A DNA stretch of 62,310 nt, taken from IMG/VR virus record IMGVR_UViG_3300006224_000011, positions 1 to 62,310 of that record. The stretch is one strand, 5' to 3'. Shown in pieces: positions 30,029 to 40,501 of the stretch. Positions within the stretch are counted from its first letter, which is position 1; each line of letters opens with the position of its first letter. The stretch comes from a virus. Lineage: Duplodnaviria > Caudoviricetes. The position numbers and the translations under genes are program-made. Below the pieces are notes generated by a model. The model was not told where the DNA came from and made no database searches. It saw only the letters and a program-made list of their open reading frames with translations.

Positions 30029-31522
30029 ATGAGCAATGAAATGAGAAAATTAGCCGAAGCCCAATATACTATTTGGGATACCTATGGTTATAAAGGTAAA
30101 ACCAGCGGTGTATGGTCACCATCTGATGTAGATAAACTGGAAGCCGTAGACTTTAAAGAATTCCACAAGTTGGTAGATCAATGCCGTTTTTATTATAGAA
30201 AAGACCCAATTGCGGGTACAGTCGTAAATAAATTGGTTGAAATAGGAGTAACAGATATTTCACTAGAAAAGAAAGGGCTGTCCCCTAATGAACTTAGGAT
30301 ATTTACAAGTATTTTAGGTAAAGTAAAAGAATTTTTAGAGAATTGTGCATTAGAATATTTAGTCTCAGGTTTGGTTATTCCAGAGATTAAGTATGCGTCT
30401 GTTACAAAAGAACAGCTTACAGATTTAGGTATAAAGAAATACACTACTCTAACATTACCAGTTTCCATGTGGTTGCGTGACCCTAAAACAATAAAGATAA
30501 ACTCCACAATGGTAACTGATGAGCCGTCTTATTACGTGATTTTACCAGAACAGTTAATAATGTTTATTCAGAACAAGGGTGTTTACCCAGATGGTAATGA
30601 AGATATAGCACTATATAATGAACTCTTGACTTATTACCCAGAGTTTGTACTACAGGTAATGAGTGGTAAGAAAGAAATCTTACTAGAGAATAATCTGATA
30701 GTAAGAAGAAAAGTATTATCAGATTCTCCGTATCCTACTCAGTATTTGTTACCTGCTATTGAGGCGCTTAAACATAAAAGAAATTTGCGTAGGATGGACT
30801 ACTCTATTGCATCTAGAGTTATTAGTGCTATTATGTTAGTCAGATTAGGCAATGATGAATTTCCTGTTACAGAGGATGATGAGAGTGTTTTTGAAAATAT
30901 CCGAAGTCAAATGACCTGGAGAAACTCATATGGTAGAGATATAGAACGTATTTTCCAGTTATTCGGCAATCATACGTTAGATATAGAATGGGTATTCCCT
31001 CCAGTAGAAGCTTTACTAGATGATGCGAAATATAGAGAAGTAAATCAGGATATATTCTTTGGTTTAGGATTTCCTAGAATATTAACTACTGGTGAAACAG
31101 AGAGGACACAAACGTCTGACCCAGAGTTTGCTACAATGTCTCCAACTAAAACTATAGAGAATATACAGAGTAAATTACTCCCTATAGCACAAGCAATTAT
31201 GAGAGATACAGCACTGAGCAATGGACTTAAAGACTATCCTAAAGTTAAATTCAGTCCTGTAAATCTGCATGCGTTTGCTACTTTTGTTACAGCAATGGTT
31301 TCTCTTTATAATACTGGTAATATTTCTAGAACTACTTTGGACGAGTTGTTTGGATTCAACTGGGAAGATGAAATGGAATTGAAAGAAGGGGAACAAAAAA
31401 TTATGGAAGATTCTGGATTACCAGAATTCTCTCCACAGCCGTTTTCTCCACAACCAGGGAACCCACAACAGAATAATAACCAAAAACCTCCCGCAAAAGA
31501 ACAGAAAAATACCGAAAAATAA
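30029..31522 (+). CDS. Portal protein
   Basis: 497 aa directly after the terminase; FYYRKDPIA..VVN, GNISRTTL and a low-complexity C-tail. Confidence 0.75.
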   Translation: MSNEMRKLAEAQYTIWDTYGYKGKTSGVWSPSDVDKLEAVDFKEFHKLVDQCRFYYRKDPIAGTVVNKLVEIGVTDISLEKKGLSPNELRIFTSILGKVKEFLENCALEYLVSGLVIPEIKYASVTKEQLTDLGIKKYTTLTLPVSMWLRDPKTIKINSTMVTDEPSYYVILPEQLIMFIQNKGVYPDGNEDIALYNELLTYYPEFVLQVMSGKKEILLENNLIVRRKVLSDSPYPTQYLLPAIEALKHKRNLRRMDYSIASRVISAIMLVRLGNDEFPVTEDDESVFENIRSQMTWRNSYGRDIERIFQLFGNHTLDIEWVFPPVEALLDDAKYREVNQDIFFGLGFPRILTTGETERTQTSDPEFATMSPTKTIENIQSKLLPIAQAIMRDTALSNGLKDYPKVKFSPVNLHAFATFVTAMVSLYNTGNISRTTLDELFGFNWEDEMELKEGEQKIMEDSGLPEFSPQPFSPQPGNPQQNNNQKPPAKEQKNTEK

Positions 31523-31558
31523 CTAGAAAATTTAATAGTAAATGAGTTAAATCATACA

Positions 31559-32071
31559 ATGAAAAAGTGTATTATATGTGGTAAACATAAAGAAGAGTCT
31601 GAGTTTCATAAGAGTAGGGGTAATAAGGATGGGTTACATTCTTACTGTAAAATTTGTAACAGAGAACATTCAAAAAAATGGCGCAATAAAGATATAGATA
31701 AGACTAGAATATATTATAATAATTATTATAAGGATAATCCAGAAAAGTTTAAAGTATATAAAAAGAAATATTATGAAAAAAATAAAGAAAGTCTTAAAGA
31801 ATATGCTAAAAATTATGAAAACAGATACAATAAGTATGGAATTACTGTTGAAGAATATAACCGATTATTTGAAAAACAAGGCGGGTGTTGTAGTATATGC
31901 AAGAAACACCAATCTGAATTTAAAAAGACATTGGCAGTAGATCATGATCATAAAACAGGTAGAGTTAGAGGTTTACTTTGTAGTAATTGTAATATCGCAA
32001 TTGGCTTGTTTAATGAGAATAAGCACATGATTTTCAGTGCTTTTGAATATTTAAATTCATTTCCTGAATAA
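31559..32071 (+). CDS. Free-standing endonuclease VII-family HNH (homing) endonuclease
   Basis: QGGCCSIC...LAVDHDHKTGRVRGLLCSNCNIAIG, with an N-terminal CxxC...CxxC. Confidence 0.88.
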   Translation: MKKCIICGKHKEESEFHKSRGNKDGLHSYCKICNREHSKKWRNKDIDKTRIYYNNYYKDNPEKFKVYKKKYYEKNKESLKEYAKNYENRYNKYGITVEEYNRLFEKQGGCCSICKKHQSEFKKTLAVDHDHKTGRVRGLLCSNCNIAIGLFNENKHMIFSAFEYLNSFPE

Positions 32072-32155
32072 CTTTTAGCATTTTTTAACCATTTATACTA
32101 TAATATATATGAATATAATTCGTGGAATATTTGTTCCATGTTATTGAGGTTTATC

Positions 32156-33169
32156 ATGACTGATAACAAATTTTATTTAACTACTGAATTCGAATTTTTG
32201 GAAGACGAATCTCCCGATTTGGGGGAGGAGTTTTCCGCTATCAGTTTAAATCCATTTTTTCAGTGGGCTAAAATAGTTGTTACAGATGATTTACCAAATG
32301 CTAATAGTAAGCGCATCCCTCAAGAAGAGTTCGATAATTTAATTAAAACAGGGATTAATGCACCTATTAAAATGGCACAGAAGGAGATTTCTCCTGGTCA
32401 TAAAGAAGCATTTGGAAATCCAATCGGTGTAATAGCTAATTTAACAAAAGAGGCTAATAGAATCATAGCCCTAGCCGCTTTATGGAAGAAAGAAAGACCA
32501 GATGATATTGCTAAATTAAAAGAAATGTACTTGAATGGAAATCCTCCTAATGTTTCCTGGGAAATATCCTACACAGAAGCATCCATAAAAGACGATGGTA
32601 CAGAGGACTTGTTAGGAACTTCCTTAGATGGTTTAGCAATTGTAGGTCTTCCGGCATACCAGGGCAGAACTTCTTTTGTTGCAATGTCTTCTGAAAACAT
32701 AAATTCTGATAAGGAGAGTGAAACTTTGGAAGAAATTGAACAACTTAAGCTAAAAATTGAGCAGTTAGAAAGTGAACTCGCACAGTTGAAGGCAGAAAAA
32801 GAAACGTTACAAAGCTCTTTAGAGACAGCCCAAGCAGAAACTACTGAACTGAAAACTTTTAAAGATACAGTTGAAAAAGAAAAAGCAGATTTGGAGAAAT
32901 TGGAAACAATTAAAGCTAAATTTGTAGAAGCTGGCATTTCTAAAGATGAGAGTTATTTTACCGAGAAAAAGGAAACCCTTTTAGCACTTGCTGAAGATGA
33001 ATTAGATTTCATGATTCAGGAGATTACAGCATTTAGCAAAACTGCTGTGTCGTCTACTAAAGGGCCTAAAATTCCCGATGTGAAAAACACAAACAATGAA
33101 GACGAAGATGATTTGTCTGATCCTAAGAATTTAGCTAAAGCTTTAAAGGCTTTAAGAGCTAAGACGTAA
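32156..33169 (+). CDS. Prohead protease/scaffold fusion
   Basis: PNAN..RI, GH, VSWE, LAIV..PAY, then an acidic coiled coil; lies before the capsid genes. Confidence 0.7.
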   Translation: MTDNKFYLTTEFEFLEDESPDLGEEFSAISLNPFFQWAKIVVTDDLPNANSKRIPQEEFDNLIKTGINAPIKMAQKEISPGHKEAFGNPIGVIANLTKEANRIIALAALWKKERPDDIAKLKEMYLNGNPPNVSWEISYTEASIKDDGTEDLLGTSLDGLAIVGLPAYQGRTSFVAMSSENINSDKESETLEEIEQLKLKIEQLESELAQLKAEKETLQSSLETAQAETTELKTFKDTVEKEKADLEKLETIKAKFVEAGISKDESYFTEKKETLLALAEDELDFMIQEITAFSKTAVSSTKGPKIPDVKNTNNEDEDDLSDPKNLAKALKALRAKT

Positions 33170-33190
33170 TTTGGAGGTTTAAAAAATATT

Positions 33191-33757
33191 ATGGAACTCA
33201 ATCAAATTGGCGATATCATAATCGGCGCAGTTGCGATGGATAACATCGTAGAGGGTCGATTTGTAGTGTTAGCCTCGCATTCTTTGAGTAAAGACTATGG
33301 TAGCCAGAGCGATCTCCCCGGAGCTAGACTCCCTGTGAACTCGACTGAGGCTTCCAGAGCTAAGTACATTACGAAGTTTGAGCAGGACAATCGCAGTTTA
33401 CCGATCTACCAACCCAACCCGGCATATTCTTTTGCTTTGCGCTACGGTTTTGACCAAGCCGAGAATGCACCATTCAGTGCTGATGTGTATATCACCCATC
33501 CTGGTGTCCAGGTTGGAAGAACCATTCCGTCAGGTTCTAATCTAGCTTTGCATGGTGAGGGTATTTATACAATCCCCTCCGGTGCTTGGATTTCTAGTGC
33601 GAACCTGAAAGTCCCTGGTGCTACGTTTACGATTGCTAACAGAGCAGATGACACAACCAATGCTGGTAAAGTGAAGACCAGTGCATCCAATGTTATTGGT
33701 GAGGTTGTGCGCTACAATGCGAGCAATGATGACCTGACGATCAGGGTCTATGGATAA
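33191..33757 (+). CDS. Capsid decoration/cement protein (putative)
   Basis: Beta-rich 188 aa protein between scaffold and major capsid gene. Confidence 0.55.
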   Translation: MELNQIGDIIIGAVAMDNIVEGRFVVLASHSLSKDYGSQSDLPGARLPVNSTEASRAKYITKFEQDNRSLPIYQPNPAYSFALRYGFDQAENAPFSADVYITHPGVQVGRTIPSGSNLALHGEGIYTIPSGAWISSANLKVPGATFTIANRADDTTNAGKVKTSASNVIGEVVRYNASNDDLTIRVYG

Positions 33758-33771
33758 TGGAGGATTATACA

Positions 33772-34692
33772 ATGGCTGATGAATTGAAAGTTAAAGAAGC
33801 TATGGCATCGTTGATGTCTGATAAAAGCAGACGTGACGAACTTGCCGAAATGATTACCGAGTATGTACAGCCCAATCATATCACAACCGATTTTGTTGGA
33901 ATGCTGTTGAATACTCGTAGCCTCAAGCCGGGAGATTCTCTGGTCAAGAAACTCCGCAAAGGTTTGCAGGTTCATACTTTAGTTCCCGGTACAATCCATA
34001 TGGCACACGAAGTCACCGTGACTGATCGTGTTAACTACATGCTGGACGGTGCTGACGTGAAAGTCACCTGGAATGAGTGGGAAATGGAAGCTGGTGAAAT
34101 TGGTACGGTTGATGAGATTCGTGGAGAAATGTTGGCAAAGCTACGAGACTTCTATTACAATAAGGTCTTTACTGCTTTGACTACGGTCTGGACAGCAGTT
34201 AATACTCCTAGTAACTTTACTTCTGTTGGTGGCGCTATTACTGCTACTGTACTAGAAGATGCTATTGATCGTATTAATCAGACTACTCCTGGTGTGAAAG
34301 CTGTGGTTGGTACGAGAGTTGCCATGACTCCGATCACCAAATTTGGTGCATTTTGGAATGATGGCGCTACTTCCGCAACTGTTGTGGGTGTTGACTCCCA
34401 GTTAGAGGAAGTGGTTCAGAGAGGTATGTTAGGTCGTTATTATGGTGCACCTTTGATCGTATTGGATCAGGTGTATGATAATCTGGAATCTAATACTGCT
34501 ATGTTGCCTACGGACAAAGTTCTTGTCCTGGGGCAGAATGTTGGTGAATTCATCACTTACGGTGAAGTTAAAACCAAGCAGTACGAAGACCCACGCCCTA
34601 CCCCGCCTCAGTGGTTCTTGGAACTCTATCAGCAGTTTGCTCTGCTTGTTTGGAATGCACAGGGCTTATACGTAATCGGAGGCCTGTCATAA
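33772..34692 (+). CDS. Major capsid protein (HK97 fold)
   Basis: About 306 aa, expected position, GGAGGA Shine-Dalgarno, G.LG.YYGAP.IVL, followed by a hairpin. Confidence 0.8.
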   Translation: MADELKVKEAMASLMSDKSRRDELAEMITEYVQPNHITTDFVGMLLNTRSLKPGDSLVKKLRKGLQVHTLVPGTIHMAHEVTVTDRVNYMLDGADVKVTWNEWEMEAGEIGTVDEIRGEMLAKLRDFYYNKVFTALTTVWTAVNTPSNFTSVGGAITATVLEDAIDRINQTTPGVKAVVGTRVAMTPITKFGAFWNDGATSATVVGVDSQLEEVVQRGMLGRYYGAPLIVLDQVYDNLESNTAMLPTDKVLVLGQNVGEFITYGEVKTKQYEDPRPTPPQWFLELYQQFALLVWNAQGLYVIGGLS

Positions 34693-34706
34693 GACTGGCT
34701 TTTAAA

Positions 34707-34732
34707 ATGGGAGGGTTTATAAACCCTCCCAT
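34707..34732 (+). terminator. Hairpin after the major capsid gene
   Basis: Perfect inverted repeat ATGGGAGGGTTT-AT-AAACCCTCCCAT; weak U-tract. Confidence 0.55.
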
Positions 34733-34776
34733 ATACCTATACAATTTAATATAAAAACAAAAGAAAGGATCATAAA

Positions 34777-35274
34777 ATGAGCGAAGGTTTAAGTGTATAT
34801 TCTCTAATGCAGACAGGAAAGCCTTATAAGTCGTATATCAAAACAGTTTTAGCGAAAGTGTATGTCAATGTTTGGGACTCCTTTGAAAATAAGAAAGTTG
34901 GATTAATTATCGAGGGGAATCCTAGCGCCCAACCAGAAGAGTGTATTATTGATGTATGGAATGAGCAAGAGGATGTTTTTTTCAAGAGGGCTAATAAAAG
35001 ACAGTTAGATACTGGATACATTATTCCTCATACTAGGGTTGATATCCCAGTAGAAAAATCTCCTAATGATTTTACTGAAGATGAACTAATTAACGTACTA
35101 AATAGCAGATTTTTATCCTTACAGAGTACGGTTAATAAGATGACATCTGTAGCACCAATATTTCGTTTAATCGAATTAGCGGAAAAGCAGGAAAAATCAG
35201 AAAAAATTATTAATTTCCTAAAAGGGAAGTTATCTGAATTACAACTACGTGAATATCAAGCAGAAGAGGTTTAA
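34777..35274 (+). CDS. Hypothetical head-region protein
   Basis: ORF with Shine-Dalgarno; position only. Confidence 0.5.
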   Translation: MSEGLSVYSLMQTGKPYKSYIKTVLAKVYVNVWDSFENKKVGLIIEGNPSAQPEECIIDVWNEQEDVFFKRANKRQLDTGYIIPHTRVDIPVEKSPNDFTEDELINVLNSRFLSLQSTVNKMTSVAPIFRLIELAEKQEKSEKIINFLKGKLSELQLREYQAEEV

Positions 35275-35790
35275 ATGGCGTATGATTTAGTTAATCTCAT
35301 TCCAGAACTCAGACTAAGAATTGGTGATATTAATCCAGCATTATACAGATATACCGATGATTGGTTAGAGGTAGCTTTAAAATCTAGTGTGAAAATCTTA
35401 GGTAAATGGTGGAACTTTAAATATTTACTAGATTCTAATGAATTTATTATGAGAAACACTAGCGGGTACTTTATTTTTGATGAAACCTCTGATGGTGTAG
35501 TTGGCGGCGTATTAGAGCCTGGAGATGACCAGATTATAATCATCTATGCCGCTATAATTACCCTAGAAGGTAGTTTAGAAAATTCTGCATGGGATTATGG
35601 AAGCTGGAAAGATGCTGAAATTAGCTACTCTAATATAGCTAGTTCCAAGACTAGAGGAGATATCCTGAAAGGCTTGTGGGAAGAACTGACATCAATCTTG
35701 AAGGTTCCACAGAAGAGATTAGCTGGCATACTAAAAGGCTCATTACCTGGATATTTAGGAAACTCATTTGAGAGGGTTGATAATTATTAG
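35275..35790 (+). CDS. Head-tail adaptor (putative)
   Basis: ELRLRIGD...YTDDWL connector-like N-terminus. Confidence 0.55.
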   Translation: MAYDLVNLIPELRLRIGDINPALYRYTDDWLEVALKSSVKILGKWWNFKYLLDSNEFIMRNTSGYFIFDETSDGVVGGVLEPGDDQIIIIYAAIITLEGSLENSAWDYGSWKDAEISYSNIASSKTRGDILKGLWEELTSILKVPQKRLAGILKGSLPGYLGNSFERVDNY

Positions 35791-35801
35791 AAAGGGCTTT
35801 T

Positions 35802-36995
35802 ATGGCGAACATTAAAAAGAAAAAGGTTTTAGTTATCGGGGATGGTATAATCCCAACTGGTTTTAGTACCGTAATTCATAATATAATATCTAGATTACCT
35901 AAAAATGAATTTGATGTGCATCATTTGGCGGTAAATTATTATGGAGACCCACACGATAAAAAATGGAAAGTATATCCAGCAGTACTTGGAGGAGATATCT
36001 GGGGATTCAATAGACTTCAGATGTTTGCAGACCAAAACTTTGATGAAATTTTTATATTGAATGATTTATGGGTAATAGATACCTACCTAAAAATTATCAA
36101 AGAGAAGTTTAAAAACAAAATTCCCCCAGTTATTGTTTATTTTCCTGTAGATGCCGCATTTTTAGATAAAGATTGGTTTATACATTTCGACATTGTAAAA
36201 AAGGTATGTGTCTATACTGAGTTTGGGTATAACGAAGTTAAGAAAGTTAGACCTGATATAGAACCGATAATAGTTCCTCATGGACTTGATAGAAAGTACT
36301 TTTATAAAATAGATGACGAAAAGAGAAATATAAAGGCTAAAATATTTCCAAAGAAAGAAGACTTCTTAGACTCTTTTGTTATTTTAAATGCCAATAGAAA
36401 TCAACCAAGAAAAAGGATTGACATTTCAATTTTAGCTTTTACAATGTTTGCAGAGAATAAACCAGAGAATGTAAAACTATATCTACATATGGGTACTAAA
36501 GATATGGGGTGGGATATTCTAAAACTGGCGTTTAGATATGGAATAGAAAACAGACTAATTATTAGTAACACTTTACCTGGAGTACAGGTAGTTACATTGG
36601 ATAAGCTAAATCTTATTTATAACGGCACAGATGTTGGACTTAATACTGCTGTTGGAGAAGGTTGGTCACTTACAAACATGGAACATGCTGTGACTGGTGC
36701 ACCTCAAATTTTACCAGATCATAGCGCCTTACACGAATTATATTCAGATTGTGGATTGTTAGTTCAGGTAGATACCTGGGCTGTTGGTAGTGACACTTTG
36801 ACAGTTTCTGGAATAGTAAGAGCAGAAGATGTAGCAAAAGGTCTTCAACTGATGTACGATAATAAGAATATGTATAATATACTATCAGAAAAGTGCTCAC
36901 AAAAATTTGCTTTACCAATATATGATTGGAGTAATATTGTAAAAGAGTCGTGGGTACCAATATTTAGAGATACTTATGAGCATAACCTGGCCTAA
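35802..36995 (+). CDS. GT4-family glycosyltransferase inside the neck module
   Basis: TGFS.V, VPHGLD, NRNQPRKRID and GEGWSLTNMEH...G.PQI (EX7E). Confidence 0.88.
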   Translation: MANIKKKKVLVIGDGIIPTGFSTVIHNIISRLPKNEFDVHHLAVNYYGDPHDKKWKVYPAVLGGDIWGFNRLQMFADQNFDEIFILNDLWVIDTYLKIIKEKFKNKIPPVIVYFPVDAAFLDKDWFIHFDIVKKVCVYTEFGYNEVKKVRPDIEPIIVPHGLDRKYFYKIDDEKRNIKAKIFPKKEDFLDSFVILNANRNQPRKRIDISILAFTMFAENKPENVKLYLHMGTKDMGWDILKLAFRYGIENRLIISNTLPGVQVVTLDKLNLIYNGTDVGLNTAVGEGWSLTNMEHAVTGAPQILPDHSALHELYSDCGLLVQVDTWAVGSDTLTVSGIVRAEDVAKGLQLMYDNKNMYNILSEKCSQKFALPIYDWSNIVKESWVPIFRDTYEHNLA

Positions 36996-37422
36996 TAATA
37001 CAGTTACAATTATAGATGGGATAAGAAGTGCTATTGGAAGAGAAGTTACCTTCTATGTAGAATCAACTGCTACTCCGTGTCCACTTTGTAATTTAGACCC
37101 GGTTACAAATACATCGACAGATTCTTTCTGTCCTACTTGTTCTGGGATGTTTTGGCTTTATACTTATAGTGGGGTTAATGTTTCCGGGCATGTAACTTGG
37201 GGGTATGCCGATCAAATGGATTGGGCAACTGGTGGACAAATCTTTGAAGGTGACTGTCGAGTACAAGTCAAATATACTGTAACTAATTTAGAATTAGTAG
37301 AAAATGCTAAGTGGTTAGTTGTAGATGATAAAAAGATGAGCATCATAAAGACTATCCAAAGAGGAGTTCCTACAGTAAACAGATTACTCTTAGATTTGAG
37401 AGAGGAAGGAAAACAAGGATAA
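36976..37422 (+). CDS. Head-closure/neck protein with Zn finger (putative)
   Basis: CPLC...CPTC.G insertion in a beta-rich 148 aa protein; position. Confidence 0.5.
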   Translation: MSITWPNNTVTIIDGIRSAIGREVTFYVESTATPCPLCNLDPVTNTSTDSFCPTCSGMFWLYTYSGVNVSGHVTWGYADQMDWATGGQIFEGDCRVQVKYTVTNLELVENAKWLVVDDKKMSIIKTIQRGVPTVNRLLLDLREEGKQG

Positions 37423-37638
37423 TGAAGAAAACAGGTGTGATTATACAAGGATTTGATATATTAGATGTTACTAAATACATAGGACAGGCTAATAAGAAAT
37501 ACCAAGCTATTCTACTCTCAAAATTAGAAAGTACTATTACTGATAAAAATGTCTTTAGAGAACTTAGAAAAGCAGTATTAGATTCTTTTAATGATTATAC
37601 TAGAGATATTGTTGAAACTGTTTTTGGTAATATAGAAG

Positions 37639-38724
37639 ATGCCTGAGCCTTATAAGGGTGTTATAGATTTAACAAAAACATCTATACTAAAAGACGATGC
37701 TTTAGATGGAGTTTCTAATAGAGCAAAAGAACTTAGTAAACGTCTAGAATCCGTCCTTTACTTTTCAGATGTTGTAGATAGTCAGAACTTAATTTTCCTA
37801 AGTGCTAAAGATGATGCTGTTGAATACATGAAAAATGTTGTGCATATGGTAATTCAGGCAGAGGCACTAAAGGCAATGTTCATGACAGATGAGTACAACT
37901 TCCACCTCTATGTTGATGCTCTTATGGAGGCTATCGGCTATCATGGAGAAAACTTAGTAACATTTTATGTAACTGGAGAAGAAAATATTACACTTGTTAC
38001 TGTAGATTTTTCTCCTTTAGGGGAAATTCTAGAGTGGGAAAATGCGGTTATTTTTGCCAGAGCAGAGTTAGGTGTGGGTGGAGAAGAGCCAGACCCAGAA
38101 GACACATCTTTTTATTGGGCGTACAAGGTTTACGGCCCCGGAAGATTAGGTTGGAGTGTATCTTCAACTAGAAAAAAAGAGGGTACAAAAGACGTTACTG
38201 AAAAGTTTTCTGGTTTGTATGAGAAGACGATACAGACTAGACTAAAATATACAAAAACTGGACAAGCACCTTTTTGGTATCTTATAGAATTTGGAAATGC
38301 ACCTGGAACTATGACTGATAGGGGGGGAGAACCCTTTCCTAGAGTAGCCCCAACCCACTTTGCAAGTAAAACAGAGTTAGCAATAGCACGAATCTATGAA
38401 CTTACTTTATATAGAATGCTAAATAAGACTCTAAGCGATTATGGAAATGCCCTTCTAAAGAGTTTTTCTAGAGGTACTTCTGGTATTAATATAACCGATG
38501 TAAACCAAGTTTTCTCTGAAATCGCTAAAATAACAGAAGAATTAATGTCAAAAGAGTACCCTCTAGAACCAGTTGATTTATCAGAAATGAATGCATTGAT
38601 GGCTAAAATCAAGGGAGTAGCTGAATTTACTAGGCGAGGTAGGAGAGTTAAACAACTTAGAGCTACTTCTGGACAATGGGCACCATCACCTATACCAACA
38701 TCTAGATTAAAGAGAAAGAAATAA
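37639..38724 (+). CDS. Neck/tail-completion protein (putative)
   Basis: APFWYLIEFG motif reminiscent of HK97 gp10-like proteins; position. Confidence 0.4.
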   Translation: MPEPYKGVIDLTKTSILKDDALDGVSNRAKELSKRLESVLYFSDVVDSQNLIFLSAKDDAVEYMKNVVHMVIQAEALKAMFMTDEYNFHLYVDALMEAIGYHGENLVTFYVTGEENITLVTVDFSPLGEILEWENAVIFARAELGVGGEEPDPEDTSFYWAYKVYGPGRLGWSVSSTRKKEGTKDVTEKFSGLYEKTIQTRLKYTKTGQAPFWYLIEFGNAPGTMTDRGGEPFPRVAPTHFASKTELAIARIYELTLYRMLNKTLSDYGNALLKSFSRGTSGINITDVNQVFSEIAKITEELMSKEYPLEPVDLSEMNALMAKIKGVAEFTRRGRRVKQLRATSGQWAPSPIPTSRLKRKK

Positions 38725-38725
38725 T

Positions 38726-39184
38726 ATGACTATGTATTTAGAAAGAAAACAAGATTTATCTATCATATATTTTTTAAAAGATTTATTTGCTGATGTAGAA
38801 TATATGCAGGTTCTAGATGCATTTCCACTAGGAGAACTAACAATTCCTTGTATCTCCGTGGAAACAGACACAATTGATACAGCAGAATATCAACTAGGAG
38901 ATTTTGATAGAATAGAATTTAGAGTTTGGTTTATAGATGTATTTGCTAAAAATAAATCCCAAAGAGATGAAATTGGTTATAAAATAATTAATGAATTAAA
39001 GGCCGGAATCCCAGTTTATAATTATGATGAGGGGTTCCCATCAGATTATAACCCTACCAAAATAGGGAAACTAATCCCAAATATTATAAAGCTTAAAAAT
39101 ATTAGAGTTTTACCAGGATTTGTTGAAAAACTCTATTATCGCTGTGAAATAACTTTCACAGCAGAATATGAACAAATAACTTAG
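38726..39184 (+). CDS. Tail terminator protein (putative)
   Basis: P.ISVE...IDVFAKNKSQRDEI; immediately before the tail tube gene. Confidence 0.55.
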   Translation: MTMYLERKQDLSIIYFLKDLFADVEYMQVLDAFPLGELTIPCISVETDTIDTAEYQLGDFDRIEFRVWFIDVFAKNKSQRDEIGYKIINELKAGIPVYNYDEGFPSDYNPTKIGKLIPNIIKLKNIRVLPGFVEKLYYRCEITFTAEYEQIT

Positions 39185-39199
39185 GAGGCTTAGAATATT

Positions 39200-40390
39200 A
39201 TGGCAAAAAGATTAGCCATTCCTTCAGAAGATGTAAAACTTAGAATTGTTGGCCCCTATGATAGCTTTTTCACTCACAGAACACAGAGAGTGGATATAAA
39301 TGAAGACGTTCCAACTACAGATGTGTATGAAATTGGTAACAATACCTTAGCCGGTACTGTTAAAGATACCCCAAATGTTACCTTAACATTCAGTGCTTTT
39401 GACGTGGGTATTAAAATCTTTTCAGTATTGACTGGTACTAATCCAATTGCGTACCCTGCGGCTGGCGTTGACATTTCTGAATTAGGTGAAGCAGATGCTA
39501 TTATTTACATCCGAGATGCAACTTTAGTTGATTATGTTAAATCAGCACATGCAAAAAGATTACAAGTAAGAGACTTTACATTTACCTATAGTGTAGATGG
39601 AGAGTCTACAGAAGATTATACCTTAATTGGTTCTCAGAAACGTTGGTTTAAAAATGATGTTATTGTAGACCGTATAACTACAGGTACTACATCGTTTACT
39701 CTGACACAAACCCCGATTCAATTAAAGAACGGTAACTACTTACTTTCTGTTATTTTAAATGGTGTATACTTAACAGAAGTAGCCGCCGCACCAGCAACAG
39801 GTGAGTATAGTGTTAGTGGTACTACTGTTACTACAGGAGATAGTAGAACAACTCAGTTTATAGCTGTTTACCATGCCAATCCAGCGGGTACTACTTGGAG
39901 TTACATTTCCGATTCGTTAGTTCCTGCGGCTACCAGAGGTAGAGACGTAGATATTGTTATTTTAGCTAATAACATTCCAAGAGTTCAATCAGTTACTATC
40001 AATGGTAACTTAAATGTGCAAAACGTACGTGAGATGGGCAATAGAGATATTGTCGGTTATCAGAGACAGGTTCCAACCGTTGAAGGTACAATTGCTGTTT
40101 TAGATACTGATACAGAACTTATTGACCTGTTACTAACAGGCTCTATCAACTCTGGTGACACAGAGTTCAAGTTAGCTGAGGGTTGTGTAGCATCTGGTAT
40201 ATCTTTGGATATTCAGATTACAGACCCTTGTGATACCACAGTTCCTTATACAGTTTTGAAGACGGTTTACGTACCTAACATTACTGTTGTAGGGGATGCT
40301 TGGTCTGCTGTTGTAAACCAGAACAGCACCTGGAATATTAACTTCCGCTCTAACACTGCTCAGTGTGTAGTGTATAGTGGTGCACGTTAG
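39200..40390 (+). CDS. Major tail tube protein
   Basis: Thr/Val-rich with internally repeated RxQxV...V.E.GN motifs; followed by a hairpin and the chaperone gene. Confidence 0.7.
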   Translation: MAKRLAIPSEDVKLRIVGPYDSFFTHRTQRVDINEDVPTTDVYEIGNNTLAGTVKDTPNVTLTFSAFDVGIKIFSVLTGTNPIAYPAAGVDISELGEADAIIYIRDATLVDYVKSAHAKRLQVRDFTFTYSVDGESTEDYTLIGSQKRWFKNDVIVDRITTGTTSFTLTQTPIQLKNGNYLLSVILNGVYLTEVAAAPATGEYSVSGTTVTTGDSRTTQFIAVYHANPAGTTWSYISDSLVPAATRGRDVDIVILANNIPRVQSVTINGNLNVQNVREMGNRDIVGYQRQVPTVEGTIAVLDTDTELIDLLLTGSINSGDTEFKLAEGCVASGISLDIQITDPCDTTVPYTVLKTVYVPNITVVGDAWSAVVNQNSTWNINFRSNTAQCVVYSGAR

Positions 40391-40425
40391 TAATAATTAG
40401 ACAATAAATGCCATAAAGGATTTTT

Positions 40426-40479
40426 AAAGGGGCTATACTTTTCTAGAGTTTAGGAGAGTTGTAGTCCCTTTTAATTTTT
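40426..40479 (+). terminator. Hairpin/terminator after the tail tube gene
   Basis: AAAGGGGCTATA...TGTAGTCCCTTT long imperfect stem followed by TAATTTTT. Confidence 0.55.
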
Positions 40480-40501
40480 AATACGAGAAAAGGATTATAA
40501 A

